Of a stretch of 64,000 bases of DNA, positions 1-12,000 are shown in pieces. The DNA is taken from NCBI RefSeq assembly GCF_044704955.1, contig NC_091993.1, forward strand, positions 72,540,001 through 72,604,000. Reading direction: 5' to 3'. The notes under the pieces are model-generated. The model did not search any database. It was not told the DNA's origin and saw only the letters and a program-made list of their open reading frames with translations. Numbering within the stretch: position 1 is the stretch's first letter; every line of letters begins with the position of its first letter. This DNA is from Pristiophorus japonicus. Taxonomy: Eukaryota. Made by a program: the position numbers and the translations under genes.

Positions 1-587
1 CACACATTGCTGAAAATGCACAGCAGGTCCATCAACATCTGTAAAGAGAAAAGATGGGTTCACTTCTGGTGCAGACCATTCGCCAGTTATTTTTAGTTTT
101 CCCCCAACCTCCTTTAGCCCAGAAGCGCCATGGCCAATTCTAGCACTCTTTAACTGCTGCCTGATCCCAGATCAGCTATCTGCATAGACCAGGGGTAGAG
201 CCACAGCAGTGGTCAGTGTGTGATCAGGAGTGGAACCCTCTTTCTTTTTTTTTCCCCCCCTCCATCTCTTTCCTTTCTCTTCACCCCCTGCCCCGCCACC
301 TCCACCCCAACCGCCACCATGAGGGTGCTGAGATCAGCTAACTGCTCATAAACCAGGAATCTGTCACCTTCCTGACCTTTATAGCTCCGTACTGCAGTCT
401 GTGCACTGAGCTATTGATGGGGCTGCTGCCCTCCTTATGTTTTTGGCCTGTATCCAGAGTGGCTCCCAGGTGCCTGCAATGCCATCCTGACCTAGTGGTT
501 AAAGATGCTACTGTATTCCTGCAAGGATTAATGCTGGACCTCCCAATATTTAGGTTCTCATTGCTTTATTCTTTCCTTGTCTTTCAG

Positions 588-680
588 GCAGCTGCCCTGG
601 TGGAGGAAGAGACCAGACGTTATCGACCCACAAAGAATTACCTGAGCTATTTGCCTACGCCTGACTATTCAGCATTTGAA
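588..680 (+). CDS. BCAS2: BCAS2/SPF27 internal coding exon (equivalent to human exon 2)
   Basis: Encodes [31 protein letters not shown], near-identical to vertebrate BCAS2. Preceded by a polypyrimidine tract plus CAG (581-587) and followed by a GTGAGT donor (681). 93 nt, phase 0/0. Confidence 0.96.
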
Positions 681-984
681 GTGAGTACATTAAACTTCTG
701 TTAACTGGATGCCTGAAGCTTGTGGCTCTAAATTGCCTTTTCAGGTGTTCATTAGAGTACAGTCAGAGAATATTGTGCAGATGTTAAGTGCACAGAAATA
801 AGGGTGTAGGAATACAAACCGAAATTTGCCAGCAGCATTTTGCTATTTCATCCATTCTTTGTGTGAGCTTGGGCAGTGAATGCTGCAGGCTGTATTTATT
901 GTGAAGGACATCATTTCTGGGGTTGACCCTGTTGTCCAAACATGCTTACTAAATGCTGCCCTGCTTAAATCAGCACTGGGCAGG

Positions 985-3900
985 ATCGGAACCATTGTCC
1001 TAGGGGGAGTGTTTGCTAGTGCTGTTGGGGAGGAGTTAAACTAATATGGCAGGGGGATGGGAACCTATGCAGGGAGACAGAGGGAAATAGAAGGGGGGCA
1101 GAAGCAAAAGATAGAAAGGAGAATAGTAAAAGTGGAGGGCAGAGAAACCCAAGGCAAAAAGCAAAAAGGGCCACATTACTGCAAGATTAAAAAGGGGCAA
1201 AGTGTGTTTAAAAAGACAAGCCTGAAGGCTCTGTGCTTCAATGTGAGGCGTATTCGGAATTAACTGCGCAGATAGCAGTTAATGGATACGATGTGATTGG
1301 CATCATGGAGACATAGCCCCAGGGTGACCAAGGCTGGGAACTCAACATCCAAGGGTATTCAGCATTTAGGAAGGATCGACCGAAAGGAAAAGGAGGCGGG
1401 GTGGTGTTGCTGGTTAAAGAGGAAATCAATGCAATTGTAAGGAAGGACATTAGCCTGGATGATGTGGAATCGGTATGGGTGGAGCTGCGAAATTCCAAAG
1501 GGCAGAAAATGCGAGTGGGAGTTGTGTATAGACCACAAAATAGTAGTAGTGAGGTTGGGGACAGCATCAAACAAGAAATAAGGGATGTGTGCAATAAAGG
1601 TACAGCAGTAATCATGGGCGACTTTAATCTATATATAGATTGGGCTAACCTAACTGGTAGCAATGCGGTGGAGGAGGATTTCCTGGAGTCTATTAGGGAT
1701 GGTTTTCCAGACCAATATGTCGAGGAACCAATCAGGGAGCTGGCCATCCTAGACTGGGTGATGTGTAATGAGAAGGGACTAATTAGCAATCTTGTTGTGC
1801 GAGGCCCTTTGGGGAAAAGTGACCATAATATGGTAGAATTCCTTATTAAGATGGAGCGTGACAAAGTTAATTCGGAAACTAGGGTCCTGAACTTGAGGAA
1901 AGGTAACTTCGACGGTATGAGGTGTGAATTGGCTAGAATAGACTGGCAGCGGATACTTAAAGGGTTGATGGTGGATAGGCAATGACAAACATTTAAAGAT
2001 CACATGGATGAACTTCAGCAATTGTACATCTCTGTCTGGAGTAAAAATAAAACTGGGAAGGTGGCTCAACCATGGCTAACAAGTGAAATTAAGGATAATG
2101 TTAAAACCAAGGAAGAGGCATATGAATTGGCTAGAAAAAGCAACAAACCTGAGGACTGGGAGAAATTTAGAATTCAACAGAGGAGAACTAAGGGTTTAAT
2201 TAAGATGGGGAAAATAGAGTACGAGAGGAAGCTTGCAGGGAACATAAACTGACTGCAAAAGCTTCTATAAATATGTGAAGAGAAAAAGATTAGTAAAGAC
2301 AAACGTAGGTCCCTTGCAGTCGGATTCAGGTGAATTTATAATGGGGAACAAAGAAATGGCAGACCAATTGAACCAATACTTAAGTTCTGTCTTCACAAAG
2401 GAAGATACAAATAACCTTCCGAATGTACTAGGGGCAGTGGGTCGAGTGAGAACGAGGAACTGAAAGATATCCTTATTAGGCAGAAAATTGTGTTGGGGAA
2501 TTGATGGGATTAAATGCCGATAAATCCCCAGGTCCTGATGGTCTGCATCCCAGAGTACTTAAGGAGGTGGCCATAGAAATAGTGGATGCATTGTTGATTT
2601 TCCAACAATCTTATCGACTCTGGATCAGTTCCTATGGACTGGAGGGTAGCTAATGTAATGCCACTTTTTAAAAAAGGAGGGAGAGAGAAAGCGGGTAATT
2701 ATAGACCGGTTAGCCTGACATCAATAGTGGGGAAAATGTTGGAATCAATCATTTAAGGATGAAGTAGCAGTGACAGGATCGGACCGAGTCAGCATGGATT
2801 TATGAAAGCGAAATCATGCTTGACTAATCTTCTGGAATTTTTTGAGGATGTAACTAGTAGAATGGACAAGGGAGAGCCAGTGGATGTGGTGTATTTGGAC
2901 TTTCAAAACTCTTTTGACAAGGTCCCGCACAAGAGATTGGTGTACAAAATCAAAGCGCATGGTATTGGGGGTAATGTACTGACATGGATAAAGAACTGGT
3001 TGGCAGACAGGAAGTAGAGTCGGGATAAACGGGTCTTTTTCAGAATGGCAGGCAGTTACTAGTGGGGTGCCGCAGGGCTCAGTGCTGAGACCCCAGCTCT
3101 TTACAATATATATTAACGATTTGGATGAAGGAATAGAGTGTAATATCTCCAAGTTTTCAGATGACACTAAACTGGGTGGCGGTGTGAGCTGTGAGGAGGC
3201 TGCTAAGAGCTGCAGGGTGACTTGGACAGATTAGGTGAGTGGGCAAATACATGGCAGATGCAGTATAATGTGGATAAATGTGAGGTTATCCATTTTGGAG
3301 GCAAAAACACGAAGGCAGAATATTATCTGAATGGTGGCAGAATATTATCTGAATGGCGGCAGACTAGAAAAAGGGGCGGTGCAACGAGACCTGGGTGTCA
3401 TGGTTCATCAGTCACTGAAAGTGGTGGGCACGCAGGTACAGCAGGCGGTAAAGTAGGCAAATGCTATGTTGGCCTTCATAGCTAGGGGATTTGAATATAG
3501 GAGCAGGGAGGTCTTACTGCAGTTGTACAGGGCCTTGGTGAGGCCACACCTGGAATATTGTGTTCAGTTTTGGTCTCCTAATCTGAGGAAGGACGTTCTT
3601 GCTATTGAGGAAGTGCAGCGAAGGTTCACCAGACTGATTCCAGGGATGGCTGGGCTGTCATATGAGGAGACTGGATCAACTGGGCCTTTATTCACTGGCG
3701 TTTAGAAGGATGAGAGGGGATCTCATAAACGTATAAGATTCTGACGGGACTGGACCGGTTAGATGCGGGAAGAATGTTCTCGATGTTGGGGAAGTTCAAA
3801 ACCAGGGGACATAGTCTTAGGATAAGGGGTAAGCCATTTAGGACTGAGATGAGGAGAAACTTCTTCATTCAGAGTTGTTAACCTGTGGAATTCCCTGCCG

Positions 3901-4100
3901 CAGAGAGTTGTTGATGCCAGTTCATTGGATATATTCAAGAGGGAGTTAGATATGGCCCTTACGGTTAAGGGGATCAAGGGGTATGGAGAGAAAGCAGGAA
4001 AGGGGTACTGAAGGAATGATCAGCCATGATCTTATTGAATGGCAGTGCAGGCTCGAAGGGCCGAATGGCCTACTCCTGCACCTATTTTCTATGTTTCTTT
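985..4100 (+). mobile_element. CR1-clade LINE (HER1-like), near-complete ORF2 with stops and frameshifts
   Basis: APE motifs (GVVYRP, IMGDFN, LGKSDHN), RT motifs (KSCLTNLL, YLDFQ..FDKVPH), C-terminal RPHLEYCVQFWSP, 3' tail ttctatgtttc. Confidence 0.93.
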
Positions 4101-6189
4101 GCCTTGAGCCTTTTTGGTCAGTATGGCTTAGTTTTGGACTAGACATTGCATTTACCAATTGGCCCATTTAAAATTCCTTCCCCCATCCCCCACGCAGGCG
4201 GTGGAGACAAAATGGGGTTGTGAGGGATGGAGGTTGGGTTGACAATCGAATAATCTCCCTTGGTGTTGCTGATGGGGAGTGAAGATGCGCTATAGTCCTC
4301 GGGTGTAGTGGGCGCTAACCTGGAGGTGGGGGCGGGAGACCAGACGTCTTTGCTAGCAGCTTTCAAAGTGTTCGAGGTTCTGATTGAAAGCACCTAAATA
4401 AAAGTACATTCCCCACTGCGTATAGTGGGTGCAGTCAAACAAACTCAATTTGTCCTATACGCGATGGCCAGTATAATGTGGTGGTGTTACTTAATTTTTT
4501 TTAAATAATTTTGTAATTTTATTTTTATCTTTAAAAGCACAACAGTGATCTTCATCCTCTGACTACTCACTGTGTACATGTACTCAATATATAAATGACA
4601 ACTGGCACATGATCCAAATGGGAAATTGCTCATGGAGGGATTTGACGATGTTGGTGAGAATTTTGAAATCTCACTCTCAGCTCTTCCTCAGAAAAGTGGG
4701 TTGGAGATTAAAGACTTGGATCGCTAAAGGGCCATCAGACTGTCCGTGTTAATTTTAAAATTGAGCTGCAAGATGTCCAGCTTGGCAAGAAGGACTTGTA
4801 ACAATGGCATGAGTTCCAGAGGTCACAGGGAGGTTAGAACTTAATGATAGGGAATTGTACTTTAACAAAGTGTGAACGGTTGCTTGAACTGCCCGAAATA
4901 CTTGGCGCGCTTAATTTATTATAAGCAGCGCCTTTGTAATTGACACCTATGGCAAATGATTAGTGCCATTAGCCTGATATAATCAGCTGTCTGGAATAAG
5001 TGGTGGGAATTGTATTAAAATATAGGAAATTAAGAGTGGCTGGGGAACTGGTCCAGGAGTCCCCAAAAAATAAAATAATGGCACATAACGATGGCCTAGC
5101 AGGAGACCAGAGAAATAGGCAGTCGAGAACAGGCAGCAACATGGTGGTTGGACCTGCATGTAGGGCACCGCAGACCACAGTGTGTCACAAGCTGACAATC
5201 AGCTAGGGAATAAAATGCTGAAATGTGAATCTGAAGAAGGGAAAAGAAAACTTTAAAAATTGAAATACTTACCTAGAGGATCATTATTGTTCAGTCTAAT
5301 AGTCATTATAAATATCTAATGGTTGTGTCTGTACTCCTAATAATCACTAACTATTGATCACTGTTCAGAGTAACAATCCATGTAAATATTTAACAGCAAG
5401 GCCACTAATTCTGGCCTGACTTTTATGCTCTAGCCAATCGGCAACAGTGGCTCAAAGCGCCAGCTCTTCCTGAGTACCCAGTCATGGTTCTCTTGCTGAG
5501 TGCCGCCAAGCATCCATCAACCACACCACCTACATGCTGAAAGCCACTGTCTTATAGTGGTTGGTTAAAAAAATTAAATGAGAATCCCTAGTGATGGCAT
5601 AGAAGTGAAAACCATCTCTAAGAATCAAGTCGTGATGTCTGCTCAGAGCATTGGGGTTAAGGAAGGGAGGCAAACCCGACTGCTAGCTGACCTGTTTGGA
5701 GCACTGGCTGTCAACAAAGGGAGAGTAAAGAAACATCCTTTGAGGCATGAAGAGCAACAATGTGAGGAGTCATGGCAGAGAGGCAGGGTGGGGGATGAAT
5801 CACGCAGGAGTCCCAGTGATAGGAAACATCAAGGGCTGAGGCACAACTGGGAACAGGCCTTTGGCAAAATAAAATGTTATCTTTGGATGAAAGTGGGGCT
5901 GAAGACCCACAGAAAACTGTTTTTTAAAAATAATTAAAATCACACCAAAATTTCACTAACGAAGCAGGAATTCAATCATGAATGTGAAAAGGATAGAGAA
6001 AAAGACCAGCTCATTGCAACTAAGCAACATAACCTCCAATACGCCCCACCTCCCAGCAGCCATGTAATATCCTGGGAGACGCCAAAGAGATTTAAAATAA
6101 AAACCCAGATCAGTTCAGACAAAAAATAATTCTGGGAAGTTCCTCTCCGATCCTCAGTATCACAACTACCTTTTGTACGCAGCAATATT

Positions 6190-6720
6190 GGCCTCGTTCT
6201 GGAACTCACCCAATTCCCTTTTGAATGTTTGCAGGGAGTCTGCGCTCACTGCATGACCTGGCAACGTTTTCCAAATGTTAGTGACCTTCTGTGAAATGAA
6301 AAACCACCTTGCATCTAACCTAGTTCTATGCTTTTATAATTTAAATATATGTCCCCTTGTTCTCCGTAACTTGCCTAATTCAAATAATCTCTCCACATGG
6401 ACGCAGTCGAGACCCTTCATCATTTTGTATATTTCAATCGGGTTACCCCTGAAGTCTGTATTTCTAGACTAAAAAGACCCAGCTCCCTGAGCCTATCATG
6501 ATAACAAAGGTTCTTTTAAACTAGGTATTAATCTAGTGGCCCTCCTGAATTTTTTCCAGGGTTTCTATTTTTTCCACCATGTGACAGGATCATAACTGAA
6601 CACCATATTCTAGATGGGGCCTAAACGAGGTCTTGTACAGGGACACTATAGTGCTCTGTTTTATATTTGGCTATATATCCTAAAACTCTATTTACTTTCA
6701 CTAACACTGGTCGTGGACCT
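6190..6720 (-). mobile_element. Old CR1-type LINE 3' fragment
   Basis: Reverse strand resembles the CR1 C-terminal region (RPHLEY.VQ-like near 6590-6630); heavily decayed. Confidence 0.55.
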
Positions 6721-6739
6721 TGAGACTTTTGCATTATAA

Positions 6740-7110
6740 AATAAAGACTTGCATTTATATAGTGCCTTTCTCAACCTCAGGACGTTGCAAAGTACTTTAC
6801 AGCCAATGAAATACTTTTGAAGTGTAGTCATAGTTGTAATGTAGTATACTCAGCAGCCATTTTGTGCACAGCAAGGTCCCACAAGCAGCAATGTGGTAAT
6901 GACCAGATAATGTGTTTCTGTGACATTGAGAGATAAATATTCACCAGGACACTGGGGATAATTCCTTTGCTCTGCTTCAAAATAGTACCATGGGATCTTT
7001 TACGTTCACCTGAGAGAGCAGTTTAACATCTTATCAGAAAGACAGCACCTCCGATACTGCAGCACCTCATCAGTATTGCACTGGAATGTCAGTTTAGATT
7101 GTGCTTAGGA
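6740..7110 (-). mobile_element. tRNA-derived DeuSINE (SacSINE1-like) with L2-type tail
   Basis: Reverse complement of the element at 28270-28670 and 60405-60840; Deu-like core and tail aagacttgcatttatatag. Confidence 0.75.
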
Positions 7111-7354
7111 GTGAGACTATAGCACTTGGATATCTTTCCCTCTCAACAGACATTAATTCAGAGCCCAGCATGATATGCACTTACTTGGTGTTAGCCCCAC
7201 GTTAAATGTCATCTGCCAGATGCAGGGCCATTCTTCCATCTAGATCAGATTGTAATTTTTTAACTCCTTAAGGGTTCTGACACCACGTAGGTCTTTATGT
7301 CATCTGCAATTACTGGGCAATTCTAGTCCTGCAGGATGTCAGATTAATTGTTTC

Positions 7355-7585
7355 ACTCAAAGGGTTGTGAATCTCTGGACTTCTCTCCCCAAAGGGCTGT
7401 GGATGCCCAATCGTTGAGTATATTCAAGGCAAGGGATTGATTTTAAATTTTTGAATACTAAGGGAACCAAGGGACATGGGGATAGTGTGGGAAGCTGGAG
7501 TTGAGGTAGAAGATCAGTCATCACATTGAATGCGGAGCAGACTAGAAGAGTCAAATGGCCTACTCCTGCTCCTGTTTCACATGTT
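7355..7585 (+). mobile_element. CR1 LINE 3' end fragment
   Basis: Similar to the 3' ends at 3860-4100 and 29835-30065. Confidence 0.7.
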
Positions 7586-8807
7586 CTTGAAGAATGGGAA
7601 AATCCTGTGTAGAATGTGATGGGGCAGGCATCTCTAGAAGTGGGCCTAGTTAATGTTAAAATCTTCATGAAGGAATGCTGATTAATGCCAGGACTTGCCA
7701 AAATGCAGATTTTGTTCCCAAGACTTTACGTTGTTGTACATTTATTTAACCTGGTATGATGAGTGCAGATGATCATGCAGTAATGCTGTGTGGAGGGATT
7801 GTATTGAAGTGTGATGCTGTCCAGTAGCACTAATGTAGAAGCACTAGAGTTTGCCACTTGTTTCATTGATGCCCAAGTTCTCTGGCCCAAGCAAATGTGC
7901 AGTTCTGGCTGAAGACGACTGTCATTTAATGGAGCATTTGCTCCAATTGTTGAGAATGTGAGGCTGCAGTTATGGAGGAGAGCAAGGTTCCAATTATTGT
8001 ATACGAGTGTGACGTGCACAGGATAACCAGGTTCAGAGTGGTGCAGTTAAAATTGCAGCTGATAAATGGAAATCTCAACACCAGTAACAACAAGGGATGC
8101 TGGTGGTGACACTCCGCCAAATAGAAGTGAGATGGAAGGGCCTAACTGGTATAGGGGGAAGGAGCGGAGATGATTCACAGCACTGCAAGCCATCCACTAT
8201 TTCCTGGCACAGAATGAGGACAGCTGTCTGTGATGTGGTCTGTAGACTGTGCCCTCAATGATGCATTTGTTCCTGGGGTTAGTGCAAAATTGTAATGCAG
8301 AGAGCAGTTTTTCACTGGGGTGTGTTAGACTGCACTTTCACTGTTTTTCCTCAATTTTCTTCCTTTGAATTTTTATATGAAATTTTGGAAACGGGACAAA
8401 AATATTTCGGATAATTCTTGGTTAATAACAACCCCACCTTCCTACCCTCTTCCTATTGGGTTGAAATAGTTTGTCAAGTTGATCTGCAGCATTTCTAAAG
8501 GAGAAAACATCTCTTGGATCTGCCTCTGCCTATTCCATTTATTGACTTCTCATGTTTCTCTATCTCTAACACTCAGGCAATTTTTCTCGTCATTGTATCT
8601 ATCTCTGTCTACAATTCTCTCATTCTTCCGTCTCACTCTTTAAGTCTCCTTGCCTCTGTCTTGTCTCCGATGTGATTCCCACTCTATACGCCTCAAACTG
8701 CGTCTCTCGCTCTTTTTATTTCTGTAGGCTTCACTACCTGTCTCGTGCACAGTTACAGTTAAAGAATAAGACAAGCAATGTATTGCTTAGATACTATCAT
8801 TTTCAGT

Positions 8808-10085
8808 GGGCCTAAATTTCCCCAGGAGTAGCTCTGTTTTTTTTTGGAGCAACTTGATTTTTCTGGAGTATCTTTTTAGTTGCAATTCTGGCCATTTAAT
8901 TTGCACCAGTGTAAGTGAGTTAGTTAGGTTTTTTTTTCCAGAAGAGTGCTTTCCCAGTCACTTACGCCTGTTTTGGCCATTTAAGCGAGTTTGGCCAGCA
9001 AATAGTTGCTCCAAACTAACTTAGGCCAGCATATGTTGCCACCGAAAAACCTTACCTAGAGTTAAGGAATCGGCGCAAGTAACTACATTTAAAGCACCAC
9101 CAAGCACCAAACAAAGCACAAAAAGTAATAAGCATTCAATAAAAAATAAAGAACTGAAGTAAATCCTACCTTCAACTAAACTCGGTAGCGGCTGGACGTG
9201 CAAGAGTCCCTTCGGCCTGGGCTGGGGAGGGAGAATGCGGCATGTGGGGGGGGGTGGGTGGGGTGGGGGAGGAGGGAGAAGGCTCAACGCGGGAGGGTGG
9301 TGGGTGGTGAACGCAGCATCATAACGGGGGGGGGGGGGGATTTTTTGAGAGAGAGAGAGACACACACGCACGAAATGTATTTGATTTGGTCAACAAAATA
9401 ATGCCACGAACCAATAGTGGATTGATGCCAGCAGCTGTTGGTTGTTTGCCTTGGTTTGTTCAAAGTTTGCTTTTCTGGCCTCAGCCAGCTTGGTAATTCA
9501 GCTCGAGCCAGGTTCCCATCTGCCTCGCCCCCTCTTGGCCTGTTCCTTCGCTTTCACACGTTGCATGAAGTTCTCTGAATGCTTCATGTGCCCCACACGC
9601 ACATTGACCCTATTGCCGAGCATCTCCTGCCTTTGACTTGCTGATTGACAATAATGCCTTCAGCAAGTTATGCTGTAAAGATCGCAATCTTGTCACAAAA
9701 TATTCAAGATACTTTAAATCAAAGTGTGCGCCCACACATAGGCACAGCCACTGAAATAATGCTGCTAGGGCCATTGGGGGCCTGCTCACATGAACGCGGC
9801 ATCGGAGAGCCCATTCGGCCAGGGCTAGGGGCGGTGTGCTTCGGGCCCCTCCCACATAGCCGCAGAGGTTCGGGCTGCGAGGAGCTACTGCACATGCGCG
9901 CATACTCTAGCGTGCATGTGCAGAAGGAATGCTCCTCCCTCCACGCATTCTGCTGCGCTGTGCCAAGAGCCTGGATCGACCGGACTGTGGGGAGAATACA
10001 AATAATAGGCGCAGTTTCTGTTCTTAAAAGTTGCCGCACCACACGGAGGTGCGCTGTTCTAACCCTGGGGGCAAACTTGGGGCCC
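8808..10085. mobile_element. Non-autonomous TIR element, Harbinger-like ends
   Basis: Left end gggcctaaatttccccagg; right end reverse complement gggccccaagtttgcccccagg. Internal segments are shared with 10391-11090. Confidence 0.6.
9399..9700 (-). pseudogene. RPL21: Decayed copy of the 3' part of ribosomal protein L21, no introns seen
   Basis: Frameshift-corrected translation GIIVNQQVKG..MLGNRVNVRVGHMKHS.NFMQRVKAKEQ..GTWLEL..QLLASIHYWFVA is colinear with RPL21 [56 protein letters not shown]. Confidence 0.8.
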
Positions 10086-10390
10086 GTAGTCTCTGGAATT
10101 ATTTGTCTAAAATCACAGTATTCATGCAATAAATCTTGCTGCCTGTGGTGAGAGTAGAAATTCGCATTATTTATCGCAGGGTATTCTGTCATGGCTGGCC
10201 ACGTGTCCTGTTAATGCATTAAGCCATATTTACAGTCCAATCTTGGATAATTAATTATTCTGTAATCATAATTAAAATCATTTATTTCCTATTTACGATC
10301 CACTTTCAAATAATGAATACTTCCAAATGTTAATCACAAAGCTGTACTACAGAAAGCTCTATTTTCTAATTATGTAAATATCCTCTTCTA

Positions 10391-11090
10391 GGGCCCAAGT
10401 TTAGGGCCGCGCCTAGAACAGCGCAGCCCCGACCTGGACGCCCGTTTTTCGCACCACAAAGTGCGCCGAAAAAAGACTTCCAGATTCTCCCGCTCCCTGC
10501 TGGTCCTCTGGCTCTCGGCGCGGCGCAGCACGAGCTGTTGGGGGCGGAGCCAAGTCCCTGCGCTGAAAACAGTGCTGGGACCTCTGCACAGGCGCGCTAC
10601 AGTGAGCACGCATATGCAGTAGCTCTAGGCGCCCAAAACTGTGTGGGAGGGGCCCGAAGCACGCAGCCCCTAGCCCTGGCCGAATGGCCTCACTGGGGCT
10701 GCGTGGATAAGGCTTCTCCCACGCCCAGCTCCTGCTTCCTCCCGACTCTACTCTCGCTTCCCCGCCCCCGATACCGACCCGACTCCCACTAACCCCCTGA
10801 CCCGAACCGACCTCCCTCCCATCACCCCCCGACCCGACATGACCCGTGTTCCCGACCCCCCACCAGGACCGGACCCGACCTAACTTGACTTCCCTCCCCC
10901 TGCCCCCGACACGAATCAACCTGCCTCCCCCCCCCCCCCCCCCGCCCCAGACCCAATCCGACCCTCGCTCCCGACCCCGACCTGCGCCCGGACCCAACGC
11001 CACCTACCTGTAAATCTGGAGCTGGGGACGGGCCCTGCCCGAAGTCTTGGACCAGCCCGTTCAGCCACCCCCACCCCCACCCCCCCACCG
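10391..11090. mobile_element. Non-autonomous Harbinger-like element (one end visible)
   Basis: Begins gggcccaagttt, the same terminal motif as 8808/10085. Internal segment cccctagccctggccgaatgg is an inverted match to 9810-9830. Confidence 0.55.
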
Positions 11091-11094
11091 TTCA

Positions 11095-11411
11095 GCCTCT
11101 CTTCCCCCCCTTCTCCTCCTTCCCCCCTTCTCCTCCTTCCCCCCCCCTTCTCCTCCTTCCCCCCCTTCTCCTCCTTCCCCCCCCCTTCTCCTTCCCCCCC
11201 CCTTCTCCTCCTTCCCCCCCCTTCTCCTCCTTCCCCCCCCTTCTCCTCCTTCCCCCCCCTTCTCCTCCTTCCCCCCCCCTTCTCCTCCTTCCCCCCCCTT
11301 CTCCTCCTTCCCCCCCCCTTCTCCTCCTTCCCCCCCCCTTCTCCTCCTTCCCCCCCCTTCTCCTCCTTCCCCCCCCCTTCTCCTCCTTCCCCCCCCCTTC
11401 TCCTCCTTCCC
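11095..11411. repeat. Homopyrimidine tandem repeat, unit about ttctcctccttcccccccc
   Basis: Directly visible; runs into the gap. Confidence 0.95.
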
Positions 11412-11611
11412 NNNNNNNNNNNNNNNNNNNNNNNNNNNNNNNNNNNNNNNNNNNNNNNNNNNNNNNNNNNNNNNNNNNNNNNNNNNNNNNNNNNNNNNNN
11501 NNNNNNNNNNNNNNNNNNNNNNNNNNNNNNNNNNNNNNNNNNNNNNNNNNNNNNNNNNNNNNNNNNNNNNNNNNNNNNNNNNNNNNNNNNNNNNNNNNNN
11601 NNNNNNNNNNN
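11412..11611. other. Assembly gap (200 N)
   Basis: Run of N; the round length suggests a scaffolding placeholder of unknown true size. Confidence 0.99.
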
Positions 11612-12000
11612 GGGGGGGGAGGGGATGGTTAGACCAGTGGGGGGTGGGGGGGGTTGGTTAGACCAGTGGTGGGGGGGAGGGGATGGTTAGACCAGTGGGG
11701 GGAGGGGGGGGAGGGGATGGTTAGACCAGTGGGGGCGGGGGGAGGAGGGGATGGTTAGACCAGTGGGGGGCGGGGGAGGGGATGGTTAGACCAGTGGGGG
11801 GGGGGGGGGGGCGGAGGGAATGGTTAGATTAGATCGGGGGTGGGGGGGGGAGGTGATGGTTAGATCAGTGGGGGGGGGTGGTGGGGATGGTTAGACCAGT
11901 GGCGGGGGGGAGGGGATGGTTAGATCAGTGGTGGGGGCGGGGGGATGGGATGGTTCGATCAGTGGGCGGGAGGGAGGGAATGGTTCGATCAGTGGGGGAG
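11612..12000. repeat. G-rich minisatellite (gggatggttagaccagtg plus G-run), G-quadruplex-prone
   Basis: About 12 degenerate units visible. Confidence 0.9.

Noticed and set aside
414-704. 96-aa ORF as a complete gene
   Set aside because: Only 588-680 matches BCAS2; the rest is intron read-through.
10413-11661. Gly- and Pro-rich ORFs
   Set aside because: Artefacts of low-complexity repeats and the N gap.
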